Below, in pieces: positions 22,994 through 33,589 of a stretch of DNA of 64,000 nucleotides. The stretch spans positions 469,597 through 533,596 of the forward strand of contig OW569359.1 of NCBI GenBank assembly GCA_937625935.1. The letters are read 5' to 3'. Position numbers and translations under genes: made by a program. Each line of letters starts with the position of its first letter. The stretch's first letter is position 1. The notes beneath the pieces are model-generated. The model saw only the letters and a list, made by a program, of their open reading frames with translations. It did not search any database and was not told the origin of the DNA. This DNA comes from Tetramitus jugosus. Taxonomy: Eukaryota > Protista > Heterolobosea.

Positions 22994-25453
22994 TTATTCA
23001 ATAACAATTGCAAACTTTTCACATATTCCCCTCAGATATGCGTCAATTTTCTGGATGGCACCAATGCTAGAATCATCTTCAATCAACTGGAAAGCATCTT
23101 CACTGTTTATACCTTTGGGGGTAACACTCGTCATATCCCGACCCTTCTTTGTCTCTTTCACAACAGGGTTAATTCGTATCAACGAGGCTCCATATATTTG
23201 CGTTTGTTTCAGTAATGTTTCAGATTGATTTCTAACTGCTGCTTCTGCTCCGAATTCTACAATCGTTAACTTCTTGTCTGGTTCGGCCGTCATTGCCTTT
23301 TTAACATCAGCGCACCAAGCTCGATATCTCGTACTGGATCCTGGTATGAATGCTTTGTCTTCAAACATTTTAACTCTCGGTCGAGCTAATCCTCTACATT
23401 GGCTGCAGAATTGTCGATTCATGACGGGGACTTTAGATTCCTTCTGACGCAACTCTTGCTCTATTTTATCCCGTTCTCCAGATCGGCTCTGAGAAGCTCT
23501 GTGGGCAGCAGGATGGTGATGTGATGTGCTCGTACTCCTTCCAGATCCCGATGGAGTGGTTGTGCTTGAATGCATGGCTGGTGCATTTGTTTTAACGTAG
23601 TTTGTAATGGGCATATCAATAAATAGAGTTACTACTTCTATTCTCCCATCAATGTCATACTGAATCGCTCGTATTCTTAATCTATGCAAAGAATCTTTCG
23701 CATTTAGAATAAAATCAATGAGCTGTCCCGCAGTATTTGGATCAATTTGATCACTATCTAGAACTGGCCTTGACACATGTTCGACCATATATTGGCCACA
23801 TATTTGCCATGGCTTATCATCAGGTGTTATGAACTCTCTCGCTATATTTTTACCTCTTAAGCGCAATGGTTCTACTACGAGGCTAATATATCCGGCGTAC
23901 GGTAGAACGTGAGAAACGGTCGGAACTCCTCCCTGAGATTCCTGCACATTAACAATCATGGAGTCAACGTACAATCCTGTATTCTCTCGTCTTTTTCGTA
24001 TTCTTGGGCCTATATTCTCATATTGATACTTCAGATGGGGAACTCCATCTGTGTCTATAATCTGTACACTGAAGGAAAACAAACTGTCAGATCCCGGTAC
24101 AATCAAATCATCCAAAAGGTCTTCCTTTCGTTTTGGTTGGGTATTAAACTTCTCTAAGTAAGATTCTCTCTCGTTCTCCAGTATTACTAGCTCTTCATTT
24201 AAATTCTTGGAATAAAATGATATATGCTGAATGAGTGGATCCAAGATTTGGACTTCGACAACACCTTGATCAACTGGATCGAGCATCCCTGAGAATAGAT
24301 AATGATGTAACTCATTGTGTCCTGATTCGCTGGAACTGAATATATCATGTCTGAATAGAGTAGCATGTTTTACATTTCCTTTGGTAGAAGCAAGACTCTC
24401 AATAGCACTGAGAGGGTGTAACACTCCATTACTTCCATGAATAGAACTAAAGTTGTTTCTTGCACTTGGTCTATAGTACTGTTCAGGATTTCGTACCTGG
24501 TCCGCCACATCAGGCAAGAAGTATCTAAAATACATTGCTCTCTTCTCGAGTAAATGGTGAGATAAAAAATTTTTTGTTCGCTTAGCAATTGACTTTCCAG
24601 TCCGTGGCGTCGTTACAAATCTCGAGTTGGAACCTTCTCTTGGGTTGGTATTGTATTCATTGTAGTCATTAGCGAGTTGATCGTAATGAAATCTACCGTG
24701 TGGATCATAAAAGTTGAAATCCTCCACATCACCTACAAATCCACTCATGGAAGCTGAACCGGCCGAGTTAGATAACATAGTTTCTCGCTTCTTCTTAATG
24801 TTTGGTGCTTCCACATATTTTATCGGTGGTGCTCGACCATTCTCCAACACTTCGAATCGAAACTCATCATCAATCCTCCAAAATTGTTTGGAACATGGTT
24901 GAGCACATTGCCAACTCACAATATTGCCCTTTGTTTCATAAAATTCAGTTGGTAAGAATCCAACCTTTTCAACATCGCCATCCATGTTACTCGTCAGGTA
25001 GAAAAATCGCTTCGAACGAGCAATGGAACCAAGAGCCGATGATGATCTTCCCTCATCGGGAGTACCTTTCAATTTGCTAGCAACTGACTTATCATCCATA
25101 AATCTCTCATCCTCTTCTTTAAATAGAGCATTCCTCCAACCAAGCATCATTGGATAACAATCATTCATTCTCATTCTCTGAAATCGATTCAACACTTGTC
25201 CCCAGACACCATAAAATAAATCACCATCCTTTGTAATCCATTGAGGATTGTTCAGGGCTTTTAGTGTCAATTCAGCCTCCGAATAGGCCTTACAATTGGA
25301 TACGACATCACTGAGCACTTGATTTCCACTCACGAGCGAAAAGTTTTCTCCCACGACAATAATTACAAAGTAGGACAGAAAAATACTCTCGGCTGCCTTT
25401 TCATATGGATCAGCCTTCTTGTTCCTTCTGAACCGCTTAAATTGCTTATTCAT
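22994..25453 (-). CDS. Degenerate Sir2/sirtuin-fold protein with a very large insertion in the Zn-binding subdomain
   Basis: 'FYLTSNMDG...GF...YETKGN...QCAQPC', then about 495 aa, then 'CSQCRGLARPRVKMFED...IVEFGA...GASLIRINP'. Confidence 0.75.
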   Translation of the reverse strand: MNKQFKRFRRNKKADPYEKAAESIFLSYFVIIVVGENFSLVSGNQVLSDVVSNCKAYSEAELTLKALNNPQWITKDGDLFYGVWGQVLNRFQRMRMNDCYPMMLGWRNALFKEEDERFMDDKSVASKLKGTPDEGRSSSALGSIARSKRFFYLTSNMDGDVEKVGFLPTEFYETKGNIVSWQCAQPCSKQFWRIDDEFRFEVLENGRAPPIKYVEAPNIKKKRETMLSNSAGSASMSGFVGDVEDFNFYDPHGRFHYDQLANDYNEYNTNPREGSNSRFVTTPRTGKSIAKRTKNFLSHHLLEKRAMYFRYFLPDVADQVRNPEQYYRPSARNNFSSIHGSNGVLHPLSAIESLASTKGNVKHATLFRHDIFSSSESGHNELHHYLFSGMLDPVDQGVVEVQILDPLIQHISFYSKNLNEELVILENERESYLEKFNTQPKRKEDLLDDLIVPGSDSLFSFSVQIIDTDGVPHLKYQYENIGPRIRKRRENTGLYVDSMIVNVQESQGGVPTVSHVLPYAGYISLVVEPLRLRGKNIAREFITPDDKPWQICGQYMVEHVSRPVLDSDQIDPNTAGQLIDFILNAKDSLHRLRIRAIQYDIDGRIEVVTLFIDMPITNYVKTNAPAMHSSTTTPSGSGRSTSTSHHHPAAHRASQSRSGERDKIEQELRQKESKVPVMNRQFCSQCRGLARPRVKMFEDKAFIPGSSTRYRAWCADVKKAMTAEPDKKLTIVEFGAEAAVRNQSETLLKQTQIYGASLIRINPVVKETKKGRDMTSVTPKGINSEDAFQLIEDDSSIGAIQKIDAYLRGICEKFAIVIE

Positions 25454-25764
25454 CTTCTGGATTGGAGAATCGCTCCAGAATTTCCAGTTTTGCGTAAATA
25501 ACCGCTCTCAGAGGAGAATTAATTTTGGCGCCAAGAATTTTCCTCACTTGCTTCGTCCTTGCTTGTTGAGAAATGGATAAGCTTTTTCACAATCATGGAA
25601 TACTATATGGTCAAACATATTCATATTCATGGTGGGTACTCCCAGCAACGCACAGCGAGATCGTGTTTTTTCGGAAGTTTGCTTAATGGTCCCGATCTCC
25701 GCTCAACAAAAAACACGGAAAAGAAGCTTCCAAACCAACCAACAACAAAAAGCAAAAAACAAAA

Positions 25765-27403
25765 ATGCCATCTACACTCGATTCCACACAAGTCAAAGAA
25801 TTTGTTTCCTCTGAATGGGACAAATCCATTATCCCTGTTCTCTGTGAATACATCAAGATCCCTAATCTCTCACCTGATTTTGATCCTGATATTTTGACCA
25901 ATGGTCTTCAGGATGAGGCCATTGATCTCATGGTTGACTGGGTTAAGCAACAAAATGTTCAAGGTTTGACATTGGAGATTATTAGAGAAGAAGGACGTAC
26001 TCCAGTCATTTACATGGAAGTGCCTTCGACTGTAGGTAATGATGCTGCTGTTCAACCAGGAACTGTTCTCATGTATGGTCATATGGACAAGGTATGATAT
26101 ATAATCGATGATTGATTGTAGAATATTTGTGTGCTTTGTTCGTTGTGCGATGAGCTACAGAAAATTGTTTTTATTGTTCATTGTCGCTCACATTTGTCTT
26201 TTTGTGCTTCTTTTTGTTGTTGTTTGTTCTCTCTGTGTTGTTGTTTTGTGTTACATTCGTACGTAGCAACCACCATTCACTGGTTGGGACGAAGGACTTG
26301 GACCATACACTCCAGTGATCAAGAACTGGAGAGATGGCAACCCTGTATTGTACGGCAGAGGTGGTGCTGATGATGGTTATGCCATTTTTGCCAGTATTAC
26401 TGCCATTCAAGCACTCAAGAGACAAAATGTTCCTCACGGAAAGATTATTGTCATTATTGAAGCAAGTGAGGAGAGTGGATCACCTGATTTGATGTTCTAT
26501 GTCGGTGCATTGAAGGACAGAATTGGTCAACCAAACTTTGTCATTTGTTTGGACAGTGGTGCAGGCAACTATGAACAATTGTGGTTGACTACATCCTTGA
26601 GAGGTATTGTTTTGGGTACTTTGACTGTTTCTTTGTTGAATGAAGGTGTTCACAGTGGATCTGGCTCTGGTGTCGTTGCGGATTCATTCCGTGTTGCACG
26701 TATGCTTCTCTCTCGTTTGGAGGATGAGAACACTGGTGAGATTGTGTTTGATGCACTCAAGGTTGACATTCCAGAACAAAGAGTGGAACAAACAAGAGCT
26801 ACTGCCTCTGTTTTGGGCAGTGGTATCTTCCAGAGCATGCCAGCCGTGTCTGGTGTGAAACCAGTTGTCGAAGATGTGACCGAGTTGTTGTTGAACAAGA
26901 CTTGGAGACCAACATTGTCCATTACTGGTGCTGGTGGTTTGCCTGCTGTCGAGAAGGCTGGAAACGTCTTGAGACCAGTGACCTCCTTGAAGTTGAGCAT
27001 CAGAGTTCCACCAACACTCGATGCTGAAGCTGCCAAGATTGCTGTCAAGAAATTGCTCGAGAGCAACCCACCATATGGCGCAAAGGTCATCTGTGACATG
27101 GGACATGTTGGTTCTGGATGGGCTGCACCAGATATTTCCGACTGGGTCAACAATGCACTCCAAGAGTCCTCTCAAACATACTTTGGAAAGCAATGCTTGT
27201 TCCAAGGTGAAGGAGGTTCCATTCCATTCATGGCTCAATTGGGTCACGCTTATCCAAAGGCTCAATTCGCCATCATGGGATTGTTGGGACCTGCTTCCAA
27301 CGCTCATGGACCAAACGAATTCCTTCACATTCCATACGGCAAGAAGTTGACAATGTGTGTCTGTGAATTGTTGGCTCAACATGCTAACGTTGCTGACAAT
27401 TAA
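25765..27403 (+). CDS. M20 family metallo-dipeptidase; exons 25765-26091 and 26267-27403
   Basis: Splicing gtatga...gtag (26092-26266) restores 'YGHMDKQPP'; also 'LYGRGGADDGY', 'EESGS', 'CLDSG', 'SNAHGPNE'. Confidence 0.96.
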
Positions 27404-27454
27404 AGTTGCGTACAAGCTATTGGTCCGTTTCAACAAATTTTCGTTCTTTATTGT

Positions 27455-28084
27455 TTATCTCTTCTCCCTACAGGTACCCTTCCACCACCACACTGTCGGT
27501 CCTACGGCAAATGCACAGGCAAAAAGGAGTTGAAAGCAGGCAGTACTGTACACTACGAAGTCCACCGACGAACTATTTAGCCTTCCATACGACTGTGAGC
27601 GTCTGGGGCAGTACAGTAAACAGGCAACACCAATCACCACTATCAAACCACCAATAAACATACTTCCTAATGCAATGGTCGCACCTCCAAATAATCTAGT
27701 CAGTGTCGCATCACACAGGGAGTTTGAATGCTTGGAACAATAGCCATTGGGAGAAGCGAAGTGTGAACCTCTTCCCACTCAAGTGCAATTCTTACCGTTA
27801 GACATAACAGAAGACTTACACAATTCTTTGTTATTAAAAGTGAGAGGATTACCACAGGGACACAATCCGTCTTTGGTGCAAATGTCGATTGTTCCCAAAG
27901 ATGCATATGTTCGACAAACTACACATCCAATTGTGGATTGACACTCATGAATATTTACTTTGGAACAGTTGTCCTCTGAAGTCAGTCGCCTTGAGGAAAA
28001 AGTGGTCAACGAGTGTGCCTGGCACTGGATGATAAACAATAAAAACAAGAGAATAAGACTTAAAATTAGTGAGTATGAATTCAT
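27455..28084 (-). CDS. Cys-rich type I membrane protein interrupted by an in-frame TGA at 27779-27781 (readthrough candidate or recent pseudogene)
   Basis: Signal peptide and Cys-rich ectodomain ...GKNCT*VGRG... continue in the same frame to further Cys, a TM helix and a basic stop-transfer segment. Confidence 0.65.
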
Positions 28085-28315
28085 ATTGGGTGATTTGCTG
28101 TTTTCTGCGTGCTTTGTTGGATCTATTGTTGTTTCTTCACCTTTTTTGTATTCAACAACCCTTTACAAAATGTTGTTGTATTTTTCCGATCTGAAAACTG
28201 TTTTATACATCAAACTGACAGATGCTGAACATTTTAGGCTGGTTCGAATGATTTGTTGTTGGACAAAAACATTAATAACTTAACATGTTTTATTCTATTA
28301 TGTGAAACAACATTA

Positions 28316-29404
28316 TTATGAGTGCTGAGCAAGATACATTTCGATTCTTGTTGTAATCTCCCGCACAACAAAGCTTACGTCATTTCTTCTCTTGCCAATC
28401 TGTACAATATCATCAAAGTTCAACTCTCTTTGAATAGTCAAGTTCGGTAAGCCGACTTGCACTGCCGTCAACTTCCAAACAACTGTCCGATTATTATTAT
28501 TATTGGCCAAAGGTTGTCCTACTACCTTTTCCAATCGTATCGATACAGTGATATCTTCGGATTTAATGTTCGATAATGCAAGCTTGTAAAAGATTTGATT
28601 CGATGTTTGATTAAATTGAACAATTGTGACACCGTTCAACCATGACAAAACAGAATTCATTTGCTCCAAAACACTGCCATCATCGTCCTGCTGTTGAATC
28701 ATGGATTCTTCAATCAGGGAATTTTGTTGTTGCTGTGGCTGCGAGCTCAAAAACGGTTCTTCATCATTAAAGCTTAATCTTCTACTGACATGATTCCAAT
28801 CTCTGCCCATTTCTTCCTGTTGTGTCTCTGGAATAATTTGACCCATCAAGTCATAGTAACCATTACTATGTCTCACAGCTGACAATTGTGTCTCTGGTAC
28901 CGTATTTTGTGAGAATGGCTCCATCATGTTCGAGTTATTATTCTTATTGTTGCTATTGCTCGTGTCTTCGTCCCATTTTCGATCATAGTCCTCCTTTAGT
29001 CTCAATCCTTGGTCATGCAACTGCAGAACCATTGTAATTTGTTCAGTAATACTGTTTTGTAACTCGTTCAACTTTTCCTTTGTTTCATTGTACTGATTCT
29101 TCTTGTTTCGATTATTGTCTTCCATTTCTTGAATATGAGGATCATTGGGACCGGGCAGACCTTCACCATTCTCGGAAATGGTTGAAAGAGCCTCTAGAAA
29201 CAATCTCTTGCTCTCCAATTCCTTGAATGAGAATTTTAATTTTTTACAATAGTCCTTTTCTTGTTTAAAAACAGTGTGCATGTCACTGTCAATCGATGGA
29301 TCGTACTTGTCCAAGAGAGAGTGAAAGTGGAGAGATCTGTTGTCCAGACAATCTGCACCGACCATTGGTATGTCGGATTTTCTACGGTACATGGTAGTTG
29401 CCAT
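28316..29404 (-). CDS. Probable kinetochore Zwint/Sos7/Kre28-family protein (coiled coil + RWD-like C-terminus)
   Basis: 'KLKFSFKELESKRLFLEAL' followed by a coiled coil resembles the Sos7 signature; C-terminal 'FDDIVQIGKRRNDVSFVVREI..RI'; ATG at 29404 preferred over 29566. Confidence 0.55.
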   Translation of the reverse strand: MATTMYRRKSDIPMVGADCLDNRSLHFHSLLDKYDPSIDSDMHTVFKQEKDYCKKLKFSFKELESKRLFLEALSTISENGEGLPGPNDPHIQEMEDNNRNKKNQYNETKEKLNELQNSITEQITMVLQLHDQGLRLKEDYDRKWDEDTSNSNNKNNNSNMMEPFSQNTVPETQLSAVRHSNGYYDLMGQIIPETQQEEMGRDWNHVSRRLSFNDEEPFLSSQPQQQQNSLIEESMIQQQDDDGSVLEQMNSVLSWLNGVTIVQFNQTSNQIFYKLALSNIKSEDITVSIRLEKVVGQPLANNNNNRTVVWKLTAVQVGLPNLTIQRELNFDDIVQIGKRRNDVSFVVREITTRIEMYLAQHS

Positions 29405-29608
29405 TTGATTGAAATATGTTGTTGAATTGAATTTCAGGTCGTTTCTTTTTCTTGTTACGAAGTTGTTCTGAGGAACGAAAAAAGTAACGTTCATGCGAAA
29501 CAGTTGGCGGGAAACAAATTTTACGACCACAAATTTTTCTTTTCGTTCTGACCTCAACTTCCCCATAGGACTCCCGGAAGGACTCCTTGTTCAATAATCT
29601 GAAGAGAA

Positions 29609-31952
29609 ATGAAATTAAAAGTTCAAGAAAATGTACCAGTGCAACGTAAGTACTTGTTCCATTCACTCACTGACTTTTCCTTCGTTGTTCCTGTATTTCT
29701 CACCTCTATGAATAGATAAGGACGTTTGCACTGCTGTTGGATGGTCGAGTAGCAATGAACTCTATTCTGTAGGAGATGACAAGGTCATATGGAAATGGAA
29801 TTTAAATGGAGAACCCATGCCAAAAGTTTGCGACCTGGAAAAACACATTACTGATGTTCACTGGTTTCCTAGTCACAGTAAACGATTAGCCAGTAGCACT
29901 ACGGACGTGTTTGTTGCCAGTTGTGTAGATGGTTCATTTCTCCTGGTGAGCAACTCTGGAAGAATTGATAAGGTTGTTAAGGATGCTCATGATGGTGCGA
30001 TAGTCACAGTTCGATGGGACTACGAAGGAAACTCGATTGCTACGGGTGGAGAAGATGGAAATTTGAAGATTTGGTCGAGAGCAGGACAATTAAGAAGCAC
30101 CCTTGCATCTACTAGCCAATGTATTTACTCGATTGCATGGGGTCCGAGCAGTGAACAAGTACTGTACTCTTCGGGAAAGGATTTGATCATTAAACCAATC
30201 AATCCATCAAACAAGCATATTCAATGGAAGGCCCATGATGGTTGTGTATTGAAGGTCGATTGGAATCCCTTAACAAAGTTGATAGTTTCAGCAGGTGAGG
30301 ATGGACGGTATAAGGTTTGGGACAGCTATGGGAGACTCTTGTTCTCCAGCGGTCAACTAGAATACTCCATAACTAGTGTCAGTTGGAGTCCTAGTGGAGA
30401 AATATTTGCTGTTGGAAGTTTTAACATGTTGAAGGTGTGTGACAAAACAGGTTGGACCTACTCAAGGTGCTCGACAAACACTGGCTCGATCTTAAATATT
30501 AGTTGGACGAGCGATGGTACTCAACTAGCGGCAGCGGGTGGAAATGGTGTGGTAAGCTTTGGTCAACTAGTAGAAAGAAGTTTGGAGTGGAAGAATCTGA
30601 TCGTATCATTGACAACGAACGGAAAGATTAGAATCCAGGATATTTTGAATGACACGATGGAAGAATTTGACTTTAGAGATAAAGTAGTGAACTGGTCGAT
30701 CGGTTTTGGACACATGGTAGTCGCTACTTCCACGCAGTGTTGGATCTACGATGTTCAAAATTGGAATACTCCCCACGTTTTTGATGTGAAAGACACGATC
30801 AACCTCTTCTTGTTGTGCAAGAAGAACTTTCTAGTCATGGACAACTTCAACGGCATTCAAATATATTCTTACGAAGGACGATTATTATGCAACCCGAAGT
30901 TTGCAGGCCTAAGAACTGAATTCTTAAATTATCAGAGTGTATCTGTGAGTAATGATGTCATCGCTGTTATTGACAAGGGAGAGGGAAAGTCCCAAGCGAT
31001 TAGATTTTTGGATGCCAACTCCGGAAAACAGCTAGGAGACCCATTAACTCATACAATGGAAGTGATAGAGCTAGAATTATCGCATTTTGGATCATATGCT
31101 GATAGGAAATGTGCTTTCATTGATCGAAATGGAGACCTGTACATAACGAGTGTAACCAAACGAGAGTGCTTTAAGCTTGCGACAATGGTGGAGAGCATAA
31201 AGTGGAATGATCAAACGGATATGTTGTCGGCAATTTCCGATGGTAAATTTGTGGTGTGGTACTATCCATCTATCGTGTTGATTGATAGAGATCTTCTCCC
31301 TCTGATAAAGGTGGTGAAGACTGATGGTGATTTCGGGAAGAAGTCACATATCATGGACTTTTTCGGTTCCCGATGTAACATAAGAAAATGGGACGGAAGT
31401 ATAGCTACAGTTAATTCTAGTCCATATCCCATTCTTCTCTATGAACTCGTGGAAAAGAAAGCATGGGAAAGTGCCATCCGATTGTGTAGATATGTTAAAG
31501 ATAAGAGCATCTGGGCCTGCTTAGTAGCCATGTCAATCAAGGAGAAGGAGATTAGTACAGCAGAAGTCGCTCTTGCTGCCATTGAAGAAGTGGACAAACT
31601 GCAATACATGATCCATATCAAGAACATACCTTCGGTCGAAGGAAGGAATGCAGCATTGGCCCTATACATGAGATGTCCAGACGAAGCCGAATCTATCCTC
31701 TTGCAAGCTGGATTGTACTATCGAGCCATCAAGATGCACATTAAACTGTACAATTGGAAACGAGCACTAGATCTGGCCACGAGATACAAGACACACGTCG
31801 ACACTGTTCTCGCCTACCGAAGGCGATATCTGGAACAGTTTAAGCGCGAAGAGACCAATGCAGCATTTCTCCAATACGCGAGTGTCGTTGTCGACTGGAC
31901 AACCATCCAAGAGAAGACCAAACAGGAGAAACTAAAGGAGAAACAGAGATGA
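29609..31952 (+). CDS. IFT80: Intraflagellar transport protein 80; exons 29609-29645 and 29716-31952
   Basis: Intron gtaagt...aatag (29646-29715) gives MKLKV..HKDVCTAVGW..ELYSVGDD; WD40 repeats; 'FAVGSFN', 'NWNTPHVFD', 'THVDTVLAYR'. Confidence 0.97.
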
Positions 31953-32179
31953 GATCTTTGCCATCGTGAACTGCAGCTCTCTGTCTCGTAATTGAGAGTT
32001 CCATTCCATGATTGTGTTTCCTCTGAGGAATATAAATAAAGCGACATGTATTTCCGCTTCCGCCCACAACAAATTCCATTTTGTTCCCCGCGCCAAAAGC
32101 AAACCAAAAAGAACATAACAACAACCACAATATCGAAATCATCATTTTTTTTTGTCTTGAATCAACCAACACACAAACA

Positions 32180-33400
32180 ATGACAACACTCGGAAATGAC
32201 ATTAAAGCACTCAAACAACAAATGAACTTGCAAGTTTTACAACGGTCATTTGGTGTCGACTCTATTCACTCAATTGAACACACATTTGATCATGTTGTCT
32301 TATATGAGTACAACTCAAAAAAAAAGGAATGGAAAAAGAAGCAAGTCGAAGGAACATGTTTCATTGTGAGACGAAAGGATCAATCAGTGAGCTTGGTCAT
32401 TATGAATCGGTATGTTGATATTTTTTTTTTTGGATACAAAAATTTTTTTTTATTGTGATTCATGATCGCTAACAGTGCATGTGTGTGTGTGTGTGGAAAT
32501 GATAGGTTAAATGTCAATAATTTTGTCTTGTTGATGAATGAACAATCGGTGCAAGTCGGTTATCAAGCACCTTATTTTTTTATTCAAACCAATATCAACA
32601 ACAATAATAATAATAATAATAGTATATATGGATTGTGGTTCTATAGAGAACAGAATGCAAATCAATTGATGCAATTTTGTCAAGAACACATTTTCAAATC
32701 ATCATCATCAATCATCAATCAATCATCATCATCATCTTCATCATCTGTAGAAGATGAAACAAAAACATCAATGTTGCTCTCACAAATGTTTGATTCTGTC
32801 AAACAACAACAACAACAACAACAACAAACGACTACGAATGGATCATTGTCAAACAACAACAACAATAACAACAACAATAACAATAACAATACGAATGGCA
32901 CAACAACGAATGGAATCGTTCAAGCAATGATGATGCAATCGACGCAACAACAACAACATCATCATCATCATGTGAATCCTCATCATCATCCAATGATGAT
33001 GATGAATGGAGCACAACCATCACAACCATCACAACCATCACAACAACCACAACAGCATCATGGTGTTGTTGTTGTTCCTGCTCATTCTCCAATCAATGGT
33101 GTATCATCATCTTCGTCAGTGTCATCTTCACCGGACATGTTGGAACAAATTTCAAAACTATCTGGATTTACATTGAATAGACAGAATACGACGACCAATG
33201 TTTCAACGACATCTACAACAACAACAACAACAACAACAAGTGCACCAGTCAATCAAACAAATTATAATCGAGTAACTGCAGCAGCAGCAACAGCAGCAGC
33301 AGTAACAACAACGGCGAATAAACCAGTGAGACTGGATCCGAAAAAGTCATTGTTGACACCAGAGTGTCTCATGCGAGGACTCGAACAGAGCAAGAAATAG
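32180..33400 (+). CDS. DCP1: mRNA decapping subunit Dcp1 (EVH1 domain + low-complexity tail); exons 32180-32409 and 32506-33400
   Basis: 'MNLQVLQR', 'HVVLYEY...EWKK..VEGT.FIV.R', spliced 'IMNRLN..NF', 'IYGLWFY'; intron gtatgt...gctaac...atag (32410-32505). Confidence 0.9.
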
Positions 33401-33589
33401 AAAAATGGAATGAAAGAATTTGAGTGATTGCGCATATATCTGATCAGTGATTGAGGAAGGTGTTGATCATCAATTTTCTAATGTGTGTGTGTCGTATCGC
33501 TCACAGCATAGAGGGGGGAAAGGGGAAAAAAGGGAAATACAAGTAACGTGATATAAATATGTTGATTGTATTTGCCAAAATGGAGAGAA

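Noticed and set aside
23410-24890. Intein in the sirtuin insert
   Set aside because: No C/S start with HN-C/S/T end and no LAGLIDADG motif recognised.
27779-27781. Genome-wide UGA reassignment or selenocysteine
   Set aside because: TGA terminates conserved genes at expected positions (e.g. IFT80); no redox motif is present, and only about 50 bp separate this ORF from the convergent gene, with no evident SECIS.
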